Below, piece after piece: positions 22,953-30,207 of a stretch of 32,000 bases of DNA. The position numbers were made by a program, and so were the translations under genes. The DNA lies in NCBI RefSeq assembly GCF_016806735.1, contig NZ_CP060530.1, forward strand, positions 120,001 through 152,000. Direction: 5' to 3'. The DNA is from Candidatus Micrarchaeum sp. (GTDB lineage: Archaea > Micrarchaeota > Micrarchaeia > Micrarchaeales > Micrarchaeaceae). Within the stretch, counting starts at the first letter, position 1; each line of letters begins with the position of its first letter. Below the pieces are notes generated by a model, which worked only from the letters and a program-made list of their open reading frames with translations, searched no databases and was not told the origin of the DNA.

Positions 22953-24551
22953 CTATGTTCCGGATTCCTTTATGATGGGTCCGAAAGTTATCTGTGGCTG
23001 CTGTCCTCCACTCAGCATTGTAACAGATCTGACCCAGTTGACCTTATAAACCGCACTCTGGCTTTCCAGCCCGAAATAGCTTACTGCTCCTATGCTTTTG
23101 CCCCTGAAATGCCCATAAGTCTGACTGGCTTCGGCCTGCAGGGTGTTGTTGTAAAAGAAGTATGCATTGGAAAATCCGTTTCCCAACCCGATTGTGAAAG
23201 TTCCTGAATTTGGGTTTGAGGTGCTAACGTTGGTTGCAGTTCCGTAAGTCACTGCGGCAGAACCTATGCCCTTCAAGCTGTATAGGTCTCCATAACATAA
23301 GTCGTCTGGTTCTACGCCAACGCTTATCCATTTGTTATCGTAGGGTCCGTTGCTGCATTCGTCGCTGGAGCCTGTACCGTTGACTCCGGTAACAATGCCG
23401 CCTATTCCAGAAGTGGTTAACGTTATCCTAGCTTCGGTAAGGTTATATATGTTTATTGGGAAGTTGTTGATTTTTTGTAGCAGTGCAAATCCTGTAAAAT
23501 ATGCGCCATTATCAAGTGAGTAGTTCGTTCCTGCTAAATTTTCCCAACTGCTTGGCAATGACGTTCCGGCAAAGTTTGTGTAATAATTGAATACGTTCTG
23601 GCCGTTGTCGTATTTGCCATAAGGCGTCGTGAGCTCTGGTGCCAGCCCGGAATGGACTCCGCTGAAGGTAGTGCTTATCGGGGTGAAATACATAAATATC
23701 GTAGTTTTGGTTGGGCAGCTATTGAAAAAGCAGCCAAGCTTGAACAGGGTCCTTTGCGGTAGTTTTACCCAGAATATCGCATTGCCGCTCATGCTGCTGT
23801 TGCAGTTCTCGCACCAATCATAAAGTTCTTGGTTATTGTAATAAAACCTCACGTTTCCCAAGTCCGGCGACTCGTGCAGAACATACGATGTGTTTTTGGG
23901 ATTGAAGCTTATCCTTACTTGGTATCCGGGCTCTATGAAATTTATAAAAAACCAATCAAAGAAGTTGAAACTGCTTATTGTTATGTTTATCGGCACCGCG
24001 TATATGCCCCCTATGGTCTTCAAAGTCCCCTGCGTCCTAACAACGCCTCCATACCTATAATAGCTTGTTGCGTTGGGTGGCGGGCAATAGGCCGTTGATA
24101 TGCTGCTGGGTGCAACGGCGCAATAGTTTGCATATATGCTGAATGTCCCAGAATAAAGCTTTCCCGGGCTCAGGGTCTGCCCCTTGAAAAACGCTATGCA
24201 GTACACTTTCTGACCCTGCAGCGCCACCTTAGGGGCGCAATAGCCAGAATTGCTCTCTACCCCTCCAACAAACGCGCTGAAGCTGCTGGTATTTATTATT
24301 CCGGGCTCTTCAAAATTTGCTACAACAAGCAGAGCGGTACCTGTTGGTACGTTGCTGCTCGTATAGTTTATTCCATAAACTGCGTCATAGCAGCCGAAGC
24401 TATTGTAAAAATTGCATTCTGTCGGAAGTATGGATTTTGGAAGCGATATGAAAAGGAAAAGTACTGCTATGGCAACTGTTATTATGAGCAGTACAGTGCT
24501 ATAAGTGGTTATAAACTCAATCGCGCTTTGCGCCTTAGGGCCTTTTCGCAT
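22953..24551 (-). CDS. large archaeal type IV pilin-like protein (class III signal peptide) with DUF2341-like/lectin-like C-terminal region
   Basis: From ATG 24551 the protein starts MRKGPKAQSAIEFITTYSTVLLIITVAIAVLFLF. This is a short basic leader, then the QSAIE(F/Y)..TY prepilin-peptidase-type motif and a hydrophobic helix. Further on, LGNVRFYYNNQELYDWCENCNSSMSGNAIFWVKLP resembles the DUF2341 core. Track starts at 24584 and 24572 overlap the TATA element at 24571-24581. Confidence 0.75.
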   Translation of the reverse strand: MRKGPKAQSAIEFITTYSTVLLIITVAIAVLFLFISLPKSILPTECNFYNSFGCYDAVYGINYTSSNVPTGTALLVVANFEEPGIINTSSFSAFVGGVESNSGYCAPKVALQGQKVYCIAFFKGQTLSPGKLYSGTFSIYANYCAVAPSSISTAYCPPPNATSYYRYGGVVRTQGTLKTIGGIYAVPINITISSFNFFDWFFINFIEPGYQVRISFNPKNTSYVLHESPDLGNVRFYYNNQELYDWCENCNSSMSGNAIFWVKLPQRTLFKLGCFFNSCPTKTTIFMYFTPISTTFSGVHSGLAPELTTPYGKYDNGQNVFNYYTNFAGTSLPSSWENLAGTNYSLDNGAYFTGFALLQKINNFPINIYNLTEARITLTTSGIGGIVTGVNGTGSSDECSNGPYDNKWISVGVEPDDLCYGDLYSLKGIGSAAVTYGTATNVSTSNPNSGTFTIGLGNGFSNAYFFYNNTLQAEASQTYGHFRGKSIGAVSYFGLESQSAVYKVNWVRSVTMLSGGQQPQITFGPIIKESGT

Positions 24552-24570
24552 GATAAGGTTTGCAATTAAC

Positions 24571-24581
24571 ATTTTAAATAT
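24571..24581. promoter_or_regulatory. near-palindromic TATA element ATTTTAAATAT shared by divergent genes
   Basis: It lies in the 56-nt spacer between ATG 24551 (minus) and ATG 24608 (plus). The TTTAAA core is centred at 24575.5, which is 24.5 nt from the left ATG and 32.5 nt from the right one. This fits leaderless or near-leaderless mRNAs. Confidence 0.5.
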
Positions 24582-24607
24582 CATTCGCAGATATCAATAC
24601 TGAGCGC

Positions 24608-24880
24608 ATGCCTGCCGTAAAAATAACTGTCCATGGTATCGTACAGGGAGTGGGCTACAGGGCCCTAGTTGCGGAAATAGCCAAACAGTTTGGGATAAAA
24701 GGATATATCGAAAATATGCCAGACGGCAGCGTTGAGATACTTGCAATAGGCAAAAAATCCAAGATAGAAGAGTTCCTGAAATTGATAAACGTCGATACGA
24801 AGCACGGCCCACAGGTTCACAAAATCGACTCGCATGCGGAAGAAGAAACCGATAGCTACGATACTTTCGAAATCAGCTAG
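24608..24880 (+). CDS. acyP: acylphosphatase
   Basis: 90 aa carrying the signature VHGIVQGVGYR. Confidence 0.9.
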   Translation: MPAVKITVHGIVQGVGYRALVAEIAKQFGIKGYIENMPDGSVEILAIGKKSKIEEFLKLINVDTKHGPQVHKIDSHAEEETDSYDTFEIS

Positions 24881-25294
24881 TCAGGATTCTATCCCTGCTG
24901 TGCTAGAAACTCCTGCGCTGGCTCCTGCCTTGTTCTGCCTGCATTCGATGCTGCATGTCTCCTCTATCCTGCTGCTTATGGTTCCTTCCTCGTCATACAG
25001 GTAAACCACAAAGTTTATCCTGTAGCTGTCCGGGAAATTGTTCGGGAGGGTATAAAGGTTTACCACCTTGTTTATGGTGGAATTTGGCCTTAGGAGCCCT
25101 ATCCTTATCCTTCCATTCTCAAGCGGCATGTCGTGCGCCAGTGAGAGCGGCGCCTTTGCAACTATGTCGGATTCGCACCAGTACATCTTTTCAGGATCGT
25201 GGTTCCTGAACTCCACCTTCATTCTGAATTCGTTTTTCATAAAGGCCTTGAGCTCCTCCGGCTCAAAGCTTGTTTTCAATTCAACGGTCGCCAT
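24881..25294 (-). CDS. hypothetical protein (137 aa)
   Basis: The track ORF runs to 25585, but that extension covers the divergent promoter region and the 5' end of the opposite-strand wHTH gene. ATG 25294 has GGTG ~9 nt upstream and a TATAAAAT element ~40 nt upstream. The protein starts MATVELKTSFEPEELKAF... I recognise no motif. Confidence 0.5.
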   Translation of the reverse strand: MATVELKTSFEPEELKAFMKNEFRMKVEFRNHDPEKMYWCESDIVAKAPLSLAHDMPLENGRIRIGLLRPNSTINKVVNLYTLPNNFPDSYRINFVVYLYDEEGTISSRIEETCSIECRQNKAGASAGVSSTAGIES

Positions 25295-25384
25295 GAAAAC
25301 ACCATATCCGATAACACTTATGCGGCTTAAGTATTTTATATCTTTAACAAAATAATATAACAGTAGCGTTAAACCCGCAAAGAG

Positions 25385-25852
25385 ATGCACATGCCAGCCA
25401 TAAACGAAGCCAAGCTCATACAGGCAGAGGTAAAGCTGAGGAATCTTCTGGTTACCAAGGAGGTCACAGAGACCCGAAGGTCCATGGTAAGGTGGCTTGC
25501 CCTGTCGCTCGGCATAATAAATCCGGGAGAGACAAGGCTTAGCGCAATATACGTGCTGGATGCCATGCTCTACTTTCAGTTCCAAAAAAAGCAGGATCCG
25601 AACGTGGAGGAGCTTTCGGAATACATATCAAAATCCTGGCAGCCCATAAACGAAAAGACTCTGCGCTACCACCTTCTGCAGCTGAAGACCAGCAACATAA
25701 TCGTGCATTCGAAGGGCAGGTATTCCATGCTTTTTCCGGAAGATGGGGAAAAATATGACGAAAGCGCATGGATACGCGGCTATTTCGAATCCGAAATATC
25801 TCCGATACGCGAAAAGATAGCCTCTGTCATAAGGGAAATTAAAAAACGCTGA
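25385..25852 (+). CDS. winged-helix transcriptional regulator (putative)
   Basis: 155 aa. LSEYISKSWQPINEKTLRYHLLQLKTSNIIVHSKGRYSM looks like a wHTH recognition helix plus wing. AATAATATAA lies ~30 nt upstream of the ATG. The gene ends 16 nt before the next gene. Confidence 0.55.
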   Translation: MHMPAINEAKLIQAEVKLRNLLVTKEVTETRRSMVRWLALSLGIINPGETRLSAIYVLDAMLYFQFQKKQDPNVEELSEYISKSWQPINEKTLRYHLLQLKTSNIIVHSKGRYSMLFPEDGEKYDESAWIRGYFESEISPIREKIASVIREIKKR

Positions 25853-25868
25853 GCAAATAAGTGATAAT

Positions 25869-27584
25869 ATGTCGTCAGATAAGAGCATACTTCTATATGG
25901 AGGAATAGCGATAGTTGTAGTCATAGCGGTTTTCATAGCGATAGTGGTATCGTTCCAACCGTCCGGCTCGTATAAACTTGACGTTTCAATGAATGCCCCT
26001 AACTACAATCCGAATGCTACCTACCTGTTCAACACTACCTATTTCAACATAACCATAAGCAACACAGGCTCTGCTCCTGTTCGCGGAATGCAGGTCGGCT
26101 TCTATCTGGACGACCAGGCCATAAAATACTACAACGTTTCGATACCTGCCCATGAAAGTGCCTATATAAGGGAAAACTATACCTACTCCCAGAACGGCAC
26201 ATACAATTTTTCAGTGGTGGCCGATCCAAGTCACATTCTTGACATTGCAAACTCATCAATAACCTCTGCACAGCTCAAGGTAAACGTAAGCAATCCGCAG
26301 CAGCCCAATCTTTATCAGTACATACCTTCGCAGAACACCAACGAGACTTATACGTTTACCCTATTTCCGAAGGGCATGGAGCTATCATCGCTGATGGATA
26401 TAGAGTACAATGTGAGCCAGTTCAAGCCATTGCTCGGCCCAGATACCGGAATATCATTCAGCATAATGCATGATCTTTCTCCCCTGCTAAATCTAGGCAA
26501 CGGCGTCTATTCAAGCTATGCCAACGGAACAAAGGTATACGGGCTATGGCTTGAAGGCGCAATAAGCAATGCAGACATAAAGTCGCTTTTGTCCACATAT
26601 TCGTTCCCAGAGCACGGCTTCCAAAAGGGAAATTCGTCAGCACTTTTCGCAAAGCTGAACTATACAACTAGCTTCTGCAGCTATTCAAGCAAGGGCTGGA
26701 CAAAGATATTCATATACTACAACGCTACTGAGGGCGGCAATTGCGAGAGCATGCTTGGCAGCAAGTATAACGACACCGAATACGCGCTGCTCTCAAATGC
26801 AACATCGTCCCACAGCGCAGAATACGCGAAGGACGCGAACTTCACCTACAAGAATTCAACAAGCGAAGGTTTTGCAATAAGCCTCATAGGCAAGAATTAT
26901 TCAATATACACGCTTTCCGAAGACGGGGCAGCGGGGAACTTTGCCAGCATTATGGGATTCCACCCGGCCATAAACATTTCAACATACCATAGGGTGTGCC
27001 CTGGCTACATATATGTCAACAACAGCACCGGCCTAAGCATGTGCACAGAATACTTCAAGTCATCAGTTCCGCAACTCCAGAACTATTCGCTCTCGGATTC
27101 GATATCAATATCAAAGAATTACACGTTGCAGCTTTACTCATTCGTTGATCTAAACTACAGCGAGGATGCCCTTTTCAACGCCGCATCGCTTTTCACAAAG
27201 CTAAATATTACGAATCAGTACTCGTCGTGGGAGCCTCTGGACAACAATACATGCAGCTTTGCCAACTCTTCGATAGGGTGCAGTTACGAAAGCTTTAATT
27301 CCACATCCGGGAAGTACAGGGTAAAGATAAGCAACGGATTCAGCAGCCCGATAAAGATAGAAGCGATAGGTTGCAGTTCCTACCTGCCTGTAAACGCAAC
27401 AACGTCTATAAACGAAACCTTGGCAGCCGGCCAGAGCCTAAATGCATCATTCTCATGCAAGCTCGCGTCAATACCAATATCCAGCACGGTGTCCACATAT
27501 TTCATGAACATGAGCTATTCAATGTCCGGCAAGCAGCTGTACGCCGACGGGACTCTTACCTATGCGGACTTCTACGTGGGCTGA
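25869..27584 (+). CDS. type-II anchored extracellular protein with CARDB-like N-terminal domain, sequon-dense (putative envelope glycoprotein)
   Basis: 571 aa with signal-anchor ILLYGGIAIVVVIAVFIAIVV. NITISNTGSAPVRGMQVGFYLDDQAIKYYNVSIPAHESAYIRENYTYSQNGTYNFSVVADPSHILDIANSS resembles a CARDB fold. My hand count is 34 N-x-S/T sequons. A C-terminal Cys-loop module is present. Confidence 0.6.
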   Translation: MSSDKSILLYGGIAIVVVIAVFIAIVVSFQPSGSYKLDVSMNAPNYNPNATYLFNTTYFNITISNTGSAPVRGMQVGFYLDDQAIKYYNVSIPAHESAYIRENYTYSQNGTYNFSVVADPSHILDIANSSITSAQLKVNVSNPQQPNLYQYIPSQNTNETYTFTLFPKGMELSSLMDIEYNVSQFKPLLGPDTGISFSIMHDLSPLLNLGNGVYSSYANGTKVYGLWLEGAISNADIKSLLSTYSFPEHGFQKGNSSALFAKLNYTTSFCSYSSKGWTKIFIYYNATEGGNCESMLGSKYNDTEYALLSNATSSHSAEYAKDANFTYKNSTSEGFAISLIGKNYSIYTLSEDGAAGNFASIMGFHPAINISTYHRVCPGYIYVNNSTGLSMCTEYFKSSVPQLQNYSLSDSISISKNYTLQLYSFVDLNYSEDALFNAASLFTKLNITNQYSSWEPLDNNTCSFANSSIGCSYESFNSTSGKYRVKISNGFSSPIKIEAIGCSSYLPVNATTSINETLAAGQSLNASFSCKLASIPISSTVSTYFMNMSYSMSGKQLYADGTLTYADFYVG

Positions 27585-27592
27585 TAATCGAT

Positions 27593-27865
27593 TCAAAGGC
27601 CCATGAAGTCCACGGCTCCCTTCCCCTTGGGGAACGCTCGCATCTTTTCCGCTTCGACAGGCAATCCTGTCTCGTCAGCGACGCGCTGAAGCTCGTTCAG
27701 CTCAAGGTGCCTTGGCAGGTACAATTCGACGAATTCATGTTCTCCTATTTTTATCCTCTTTACTGTGAACAGCATCTTCTGCAACATCCCTGAACGCTTT
27801 ACCTCAATCCTTATGCTGCCCTTGCTTATTATCGAAGCCACTTTGTCTTCCAACCTAACACCCAT
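27593..27865 (-). CDS. hypothetical small protein (90 aa)
   Basis: The ORF fills the gap between convergent and divergent neighbours. I cannot make a reliable family assignment. Confidence 0.4.
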   Translation of the reverse strand: MGVRLEDKVASIISKGSIRIEVKRSGMLQKMLFTVKRIKIGEHEFVELYLPRHLELNELQRVADETGLPVEAEKMRAFPKGKGAVDFMGL

Positions 27866-28007
27866 TACTTTTTGATTTTACCGACAGCATATTTATTAAT
27901 TACGAAAAGCGCAGCAAATTCCAAATTCGACCATTTAATCCTATTTCACTCAAGAATCAAATCAATTATAAAATTTTAGCTTGCAATAGGTATAAATCGG
28001 TGCTCAA

Positions 28008-29054
28008 TTGATAGCTGTCAGCTCTGGGTTTATAGGCGGGCTTTACTCTGCCATATACGCATATCTGCACGGCTACATGCCTGCAATATACGCGAATGTC
28101 CTTTCCTTCCTGATATCTTTCGTGGTATTTGCTGTAATACTTTTAATACTGATAGTGCTTTTCGTATACCTGTTTGGTTGGGGAGAAAGGAAGATAATGG
28201 GCAGGATGCAATCCAGGCACGGGCCAACATATACCGGTCCATTCGGCATACTGCAAAACATGGCAGACGTCATAAAGCTGCTCTCAAAAGAGAACATAAT
28301 TCCAAACAATGCCGACATGCCGATATTCGGGATGATACTGCCTGTTGTATATGCCCTGTTCGTATTCACTTTCGCGTTCGTACCAATAACCAGCACTTTT
28401 GTCGGCATAAATACTTCTATAGCGCTCATAGCCGTTTTCCTGGTGCTTTCGTTCATGCCGCTCCTGCTGTTCTTGGCAGGGTGGACCAGCGGAAACAAGT
28501 TCGGATCCATAAGCGCGCAAAGGTCTGTGATAATGCTAGTAAGCTACGAGGTCCCTCTTATTCTCGTGGTAGCTTCGGTTGCCATAGCAGCACACGGATT
28601 CTCATTCATGAATATAGTGTCATCGCAGTCGCATGTATGGTATGCCATCATGCTCCCGATAGGCTTTGTGCTATTTTTTATAATAATGCTGGCAGAGCTT
28701 GAAAGGCCGCCGTTTGACATAAGGGAAGCAGACAACGAGCTGATAGCAGGCTGGCTTACCGACGTAAGCGCCCCATACTATGGCCTTGCCCTCTTTCTGG
28801 ACTATACCAGGATGTTTGTTGGGACCCTACTAATTACACTACTGTTTCTCGGGGGTTGGAACGGCCCAGTTTTGCCTCCGTTCGCATGGACAATGATAAA
28901 GGTAGTAATACTTACCATTTTCATAATAGTAATAAGGGCAACTACCGTCAGGCTTACAATACGCAAGCTGCTCAGGATAGGCTGGCTCTACCTGCTGCCA
29001 CTGGCAGTAATAAACATTTTGGCATCTTATATAATATTTGTGTGGTTGGCATGA
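28008..29054 (+). CDS. nuoH: NADH-quinone oxidoreductase subunit H
   Basis: GWGERKIMGRMQSRHGPTYTGPFGILQNMADVIKLLSKE and LAELERPPFDIREADNELIAGW are NuoH/ND1 signatures. The start is a TTG with GGTG ~10 nt upstream. An ATG at 28077 is an alternative start. Confidence 0.9.
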   Translation: MIAVSSGFIGGLYSAIYAYLHGYMPAIYANVLSFLISFVVFAVILLILIVLFVYLFGWGERKIMGRMQSRHGPTYTGPFGILQNMADVIKLLSKENIIPNNADMPIFGMILPVVYALFVFTFAFVPITSTFVGINTSIALIAVFLVLSFMPLLLFLAGWTSGNKFGSISAQRSVIMLVSYEVPLILVVASVAIAAHGFSFMNIVSSQSHVWYAIMLPIGFVLFFIIMLAELERPPFDIREADNELIAGWLTDVSAPYYGLALFLDYTRMFVGTLLITLLFLGGWNGPVLPPFAWTMIKVVILTIFIIVIRATTVRLTIRKLLRIGWLYLLPLAVINILASYIIFVWLA

Positions 29055-29416
29055 CAATAATTAAGGGAATATATGAGGTAGGCAAAGAGATACTAAAGAA
29101 GCCTTCTACGCTCGAGTATCCAGAGGTAAGGGAGGACCTTGCCGACAACTACAGGGGCATACACAAGCTTGACATGAAAACGTGCATAAGCTGTGCAGCA
29201 TGCGCAAGGATATGCCCAAACCAGACAATAGACATGGTTGATACGGAAACAGACAAGGGAACAAAAAAGATGCCGCAGATAAATCTCGATCGCTGCCTTT
29301 TCTGTGCGCTATGCGAGGAGGTGTGCCCACCTCAATGCCTGATACTTACCAAGGACTACGATTACGAAGCATATGACAGGAGGGAATACGTCAAGCGTCC
29401 GGAAGACCTGCAATGA
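29051..29416 (+). CDS. nuoI: NADH-quinone oxidoreductase subunit I (2x[4Fe-4S] ferredoxin-type)
   Basis: 121 aa from the ATG that overlaps the nuoH stop (ATGA). The cluster motifs are CISCAACARICP and CLFCALCEEVCP. The track ORF start at 28856 lies inside nuoH. Confidence 0.9.
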   Translation: MTIIKGIYEVGKEILKKPSTLEYPEVREDLADNYRGIHKLDMKTCISCAACARICPNQTIDMVDTETDKGTKKMPQINLDRCLFCALCEEVCPPQCLILTKDYDYEAYDRREYVKRPEDLQ

Positions 29417-29424
29417 GGTTTTGA

Positions 29425-29910
29425 ATGTACGAAATTTTGCTGTTGGCAATAGTTGCAATAATTGCAGTGCTTGAACTGGCAGCGATAGCGTTCATATTCA
29501 TATCGAAGAGCCTGCTTCATTCGGTAATAAGCCTGACTCTGGCTTTTGTAGCCAATTCTGCCCTCTTTCTGGCAATGCAGCAGCCTTTCCTCGCTATAAT
29601 ACAGCTCTTCATATTCGTAGGCGGGATATCAACGTATGCCATTGTCGGAGCCGCTTCTGCAAGCTTCTCGAAATTCCCCCATACAAACAGGCTCGCTTTC
29701 ATAGCCGTGTTCATAATACTGCTGGCAGTTATATCCTATCCCGTATTCGGAATGAAAAATACCGTAATGCAGTACAACCAGTTTACGGCATTGCAGGTAA
29801 AAACTGGAATATCCTCGTACATGGGGCTTTTCTATTTGATAACGGCAATGCTGTTTGGCATAGCAATAGGTTCAATAATTCTGGTAAAATCTCTCGGGCG
29901 ATCTAAATGA
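29425..29910 (+). CDS. nuoJ: NADH-quinone oxidoreductase subunit J
   Basis: 161-aa hydrophobic protein in the expected operon position. The LLHSVISLTLAFVANSALFLAMQQPFLAIIQLFIFVGGI pattern is typical of NuoJ/ND6. Confidence 0.85.
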   Translation: MYEILLLAIVAIIAVLELAAIAFIFISKSLLHSVISLTLAFVANSALFLAMQQPFLAIIQLFIFVGGISTYAIVGAASASFSKFPHTNRLAFIAVFIILLAVISYPVFGMKNTVMQYNQFTALQVKTGISSYMGLFYLITAMLFGIAIGSIILVKSLGRSK

Positions 29911-30206
29911 TTGAGCAAGCATTCATATTTCTTGGTTTCGCCGTGTTCGTTCTGGGAGTAGCTGGAATAGTTTCGAGCAGGAACGTGATTATAATGCTGC
30001 TTTCTACGGAAGTGATAATGCTGTCTGCATCTTTCATGGCCGTAGTGTTCTTCAACTTCAATGTCAACGGCAGCATAGTTCCCCTTCTATTCACCATATG
30101 GTCGATAGCGGCAGCGGAAGTAATAATGGTCATAGTGTTCTACAGATATCTGGCAGGCAGCAAAGCGAGCCTTGACATAAAATCGCTTTCAAAACTAAGG
30201 GATTGA
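29907..30206 (+). CDS. nuoK: NADH-quinone oxidoreductase subunit K
   Basis: 99 aa with three TM helices. Conserved membrane-embedded Glu residues occur in LLSTEVIM and AAAEVIM. A 4-nt overlap with nuoJ. Confidence 0.9.
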   Translation: MIEQAFIFLGFAVFVLGVAGIVSSRNVIIMLLSTEVIMLSASFMAVVFFNFNVNGSIVPLLFTIWSIAAAEVIMVIVFYRYLAGSKASLDIKSLSKLRD

Positions 30207-30207
30207 A

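Noticed and set aside
25295-25585. N-terminal 97 codons of the 234-aa track ORF 24881..25585 (-).
   Set aside because: The extension runs through the AT-rich divergent promoter spacer and 200 nt of the opposite-strand wHTH gene. An internal ATG at 25294 has a GGTG RBS and an upstream TATA.
25784-25792. TTCGAATCC, a T-loop-like string that could flag a tRNA gene.
   Set aside because: It is embedded in the wHTH coding sequence. There is no acceptor, D-arm or anticodon-arm complementarity around it. I found no convincing tRNA, rRNA, SRP RNA or RNase P RNA candidate in any spacer.
27593-27865. Assigning the 90-aa ORF to SRP19 or another small RNA-binding family, because LPRHLELNELQRVADETGLPVEAEKMRAFPKG loosely resembles the SRP19 core.
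   Set aside because: The N-terminal SRP19 hallmark (IWP.Y.D...SR..GRR) is absent, and the resemblance is too weak to support a call.
28856-29050. 5' extension of the nuoI ORF.
   Set aside because: It lies wholly within nuoH in another frame. The ATG at 29051 forms the classic ATGA stop/start overlap with nuoH.
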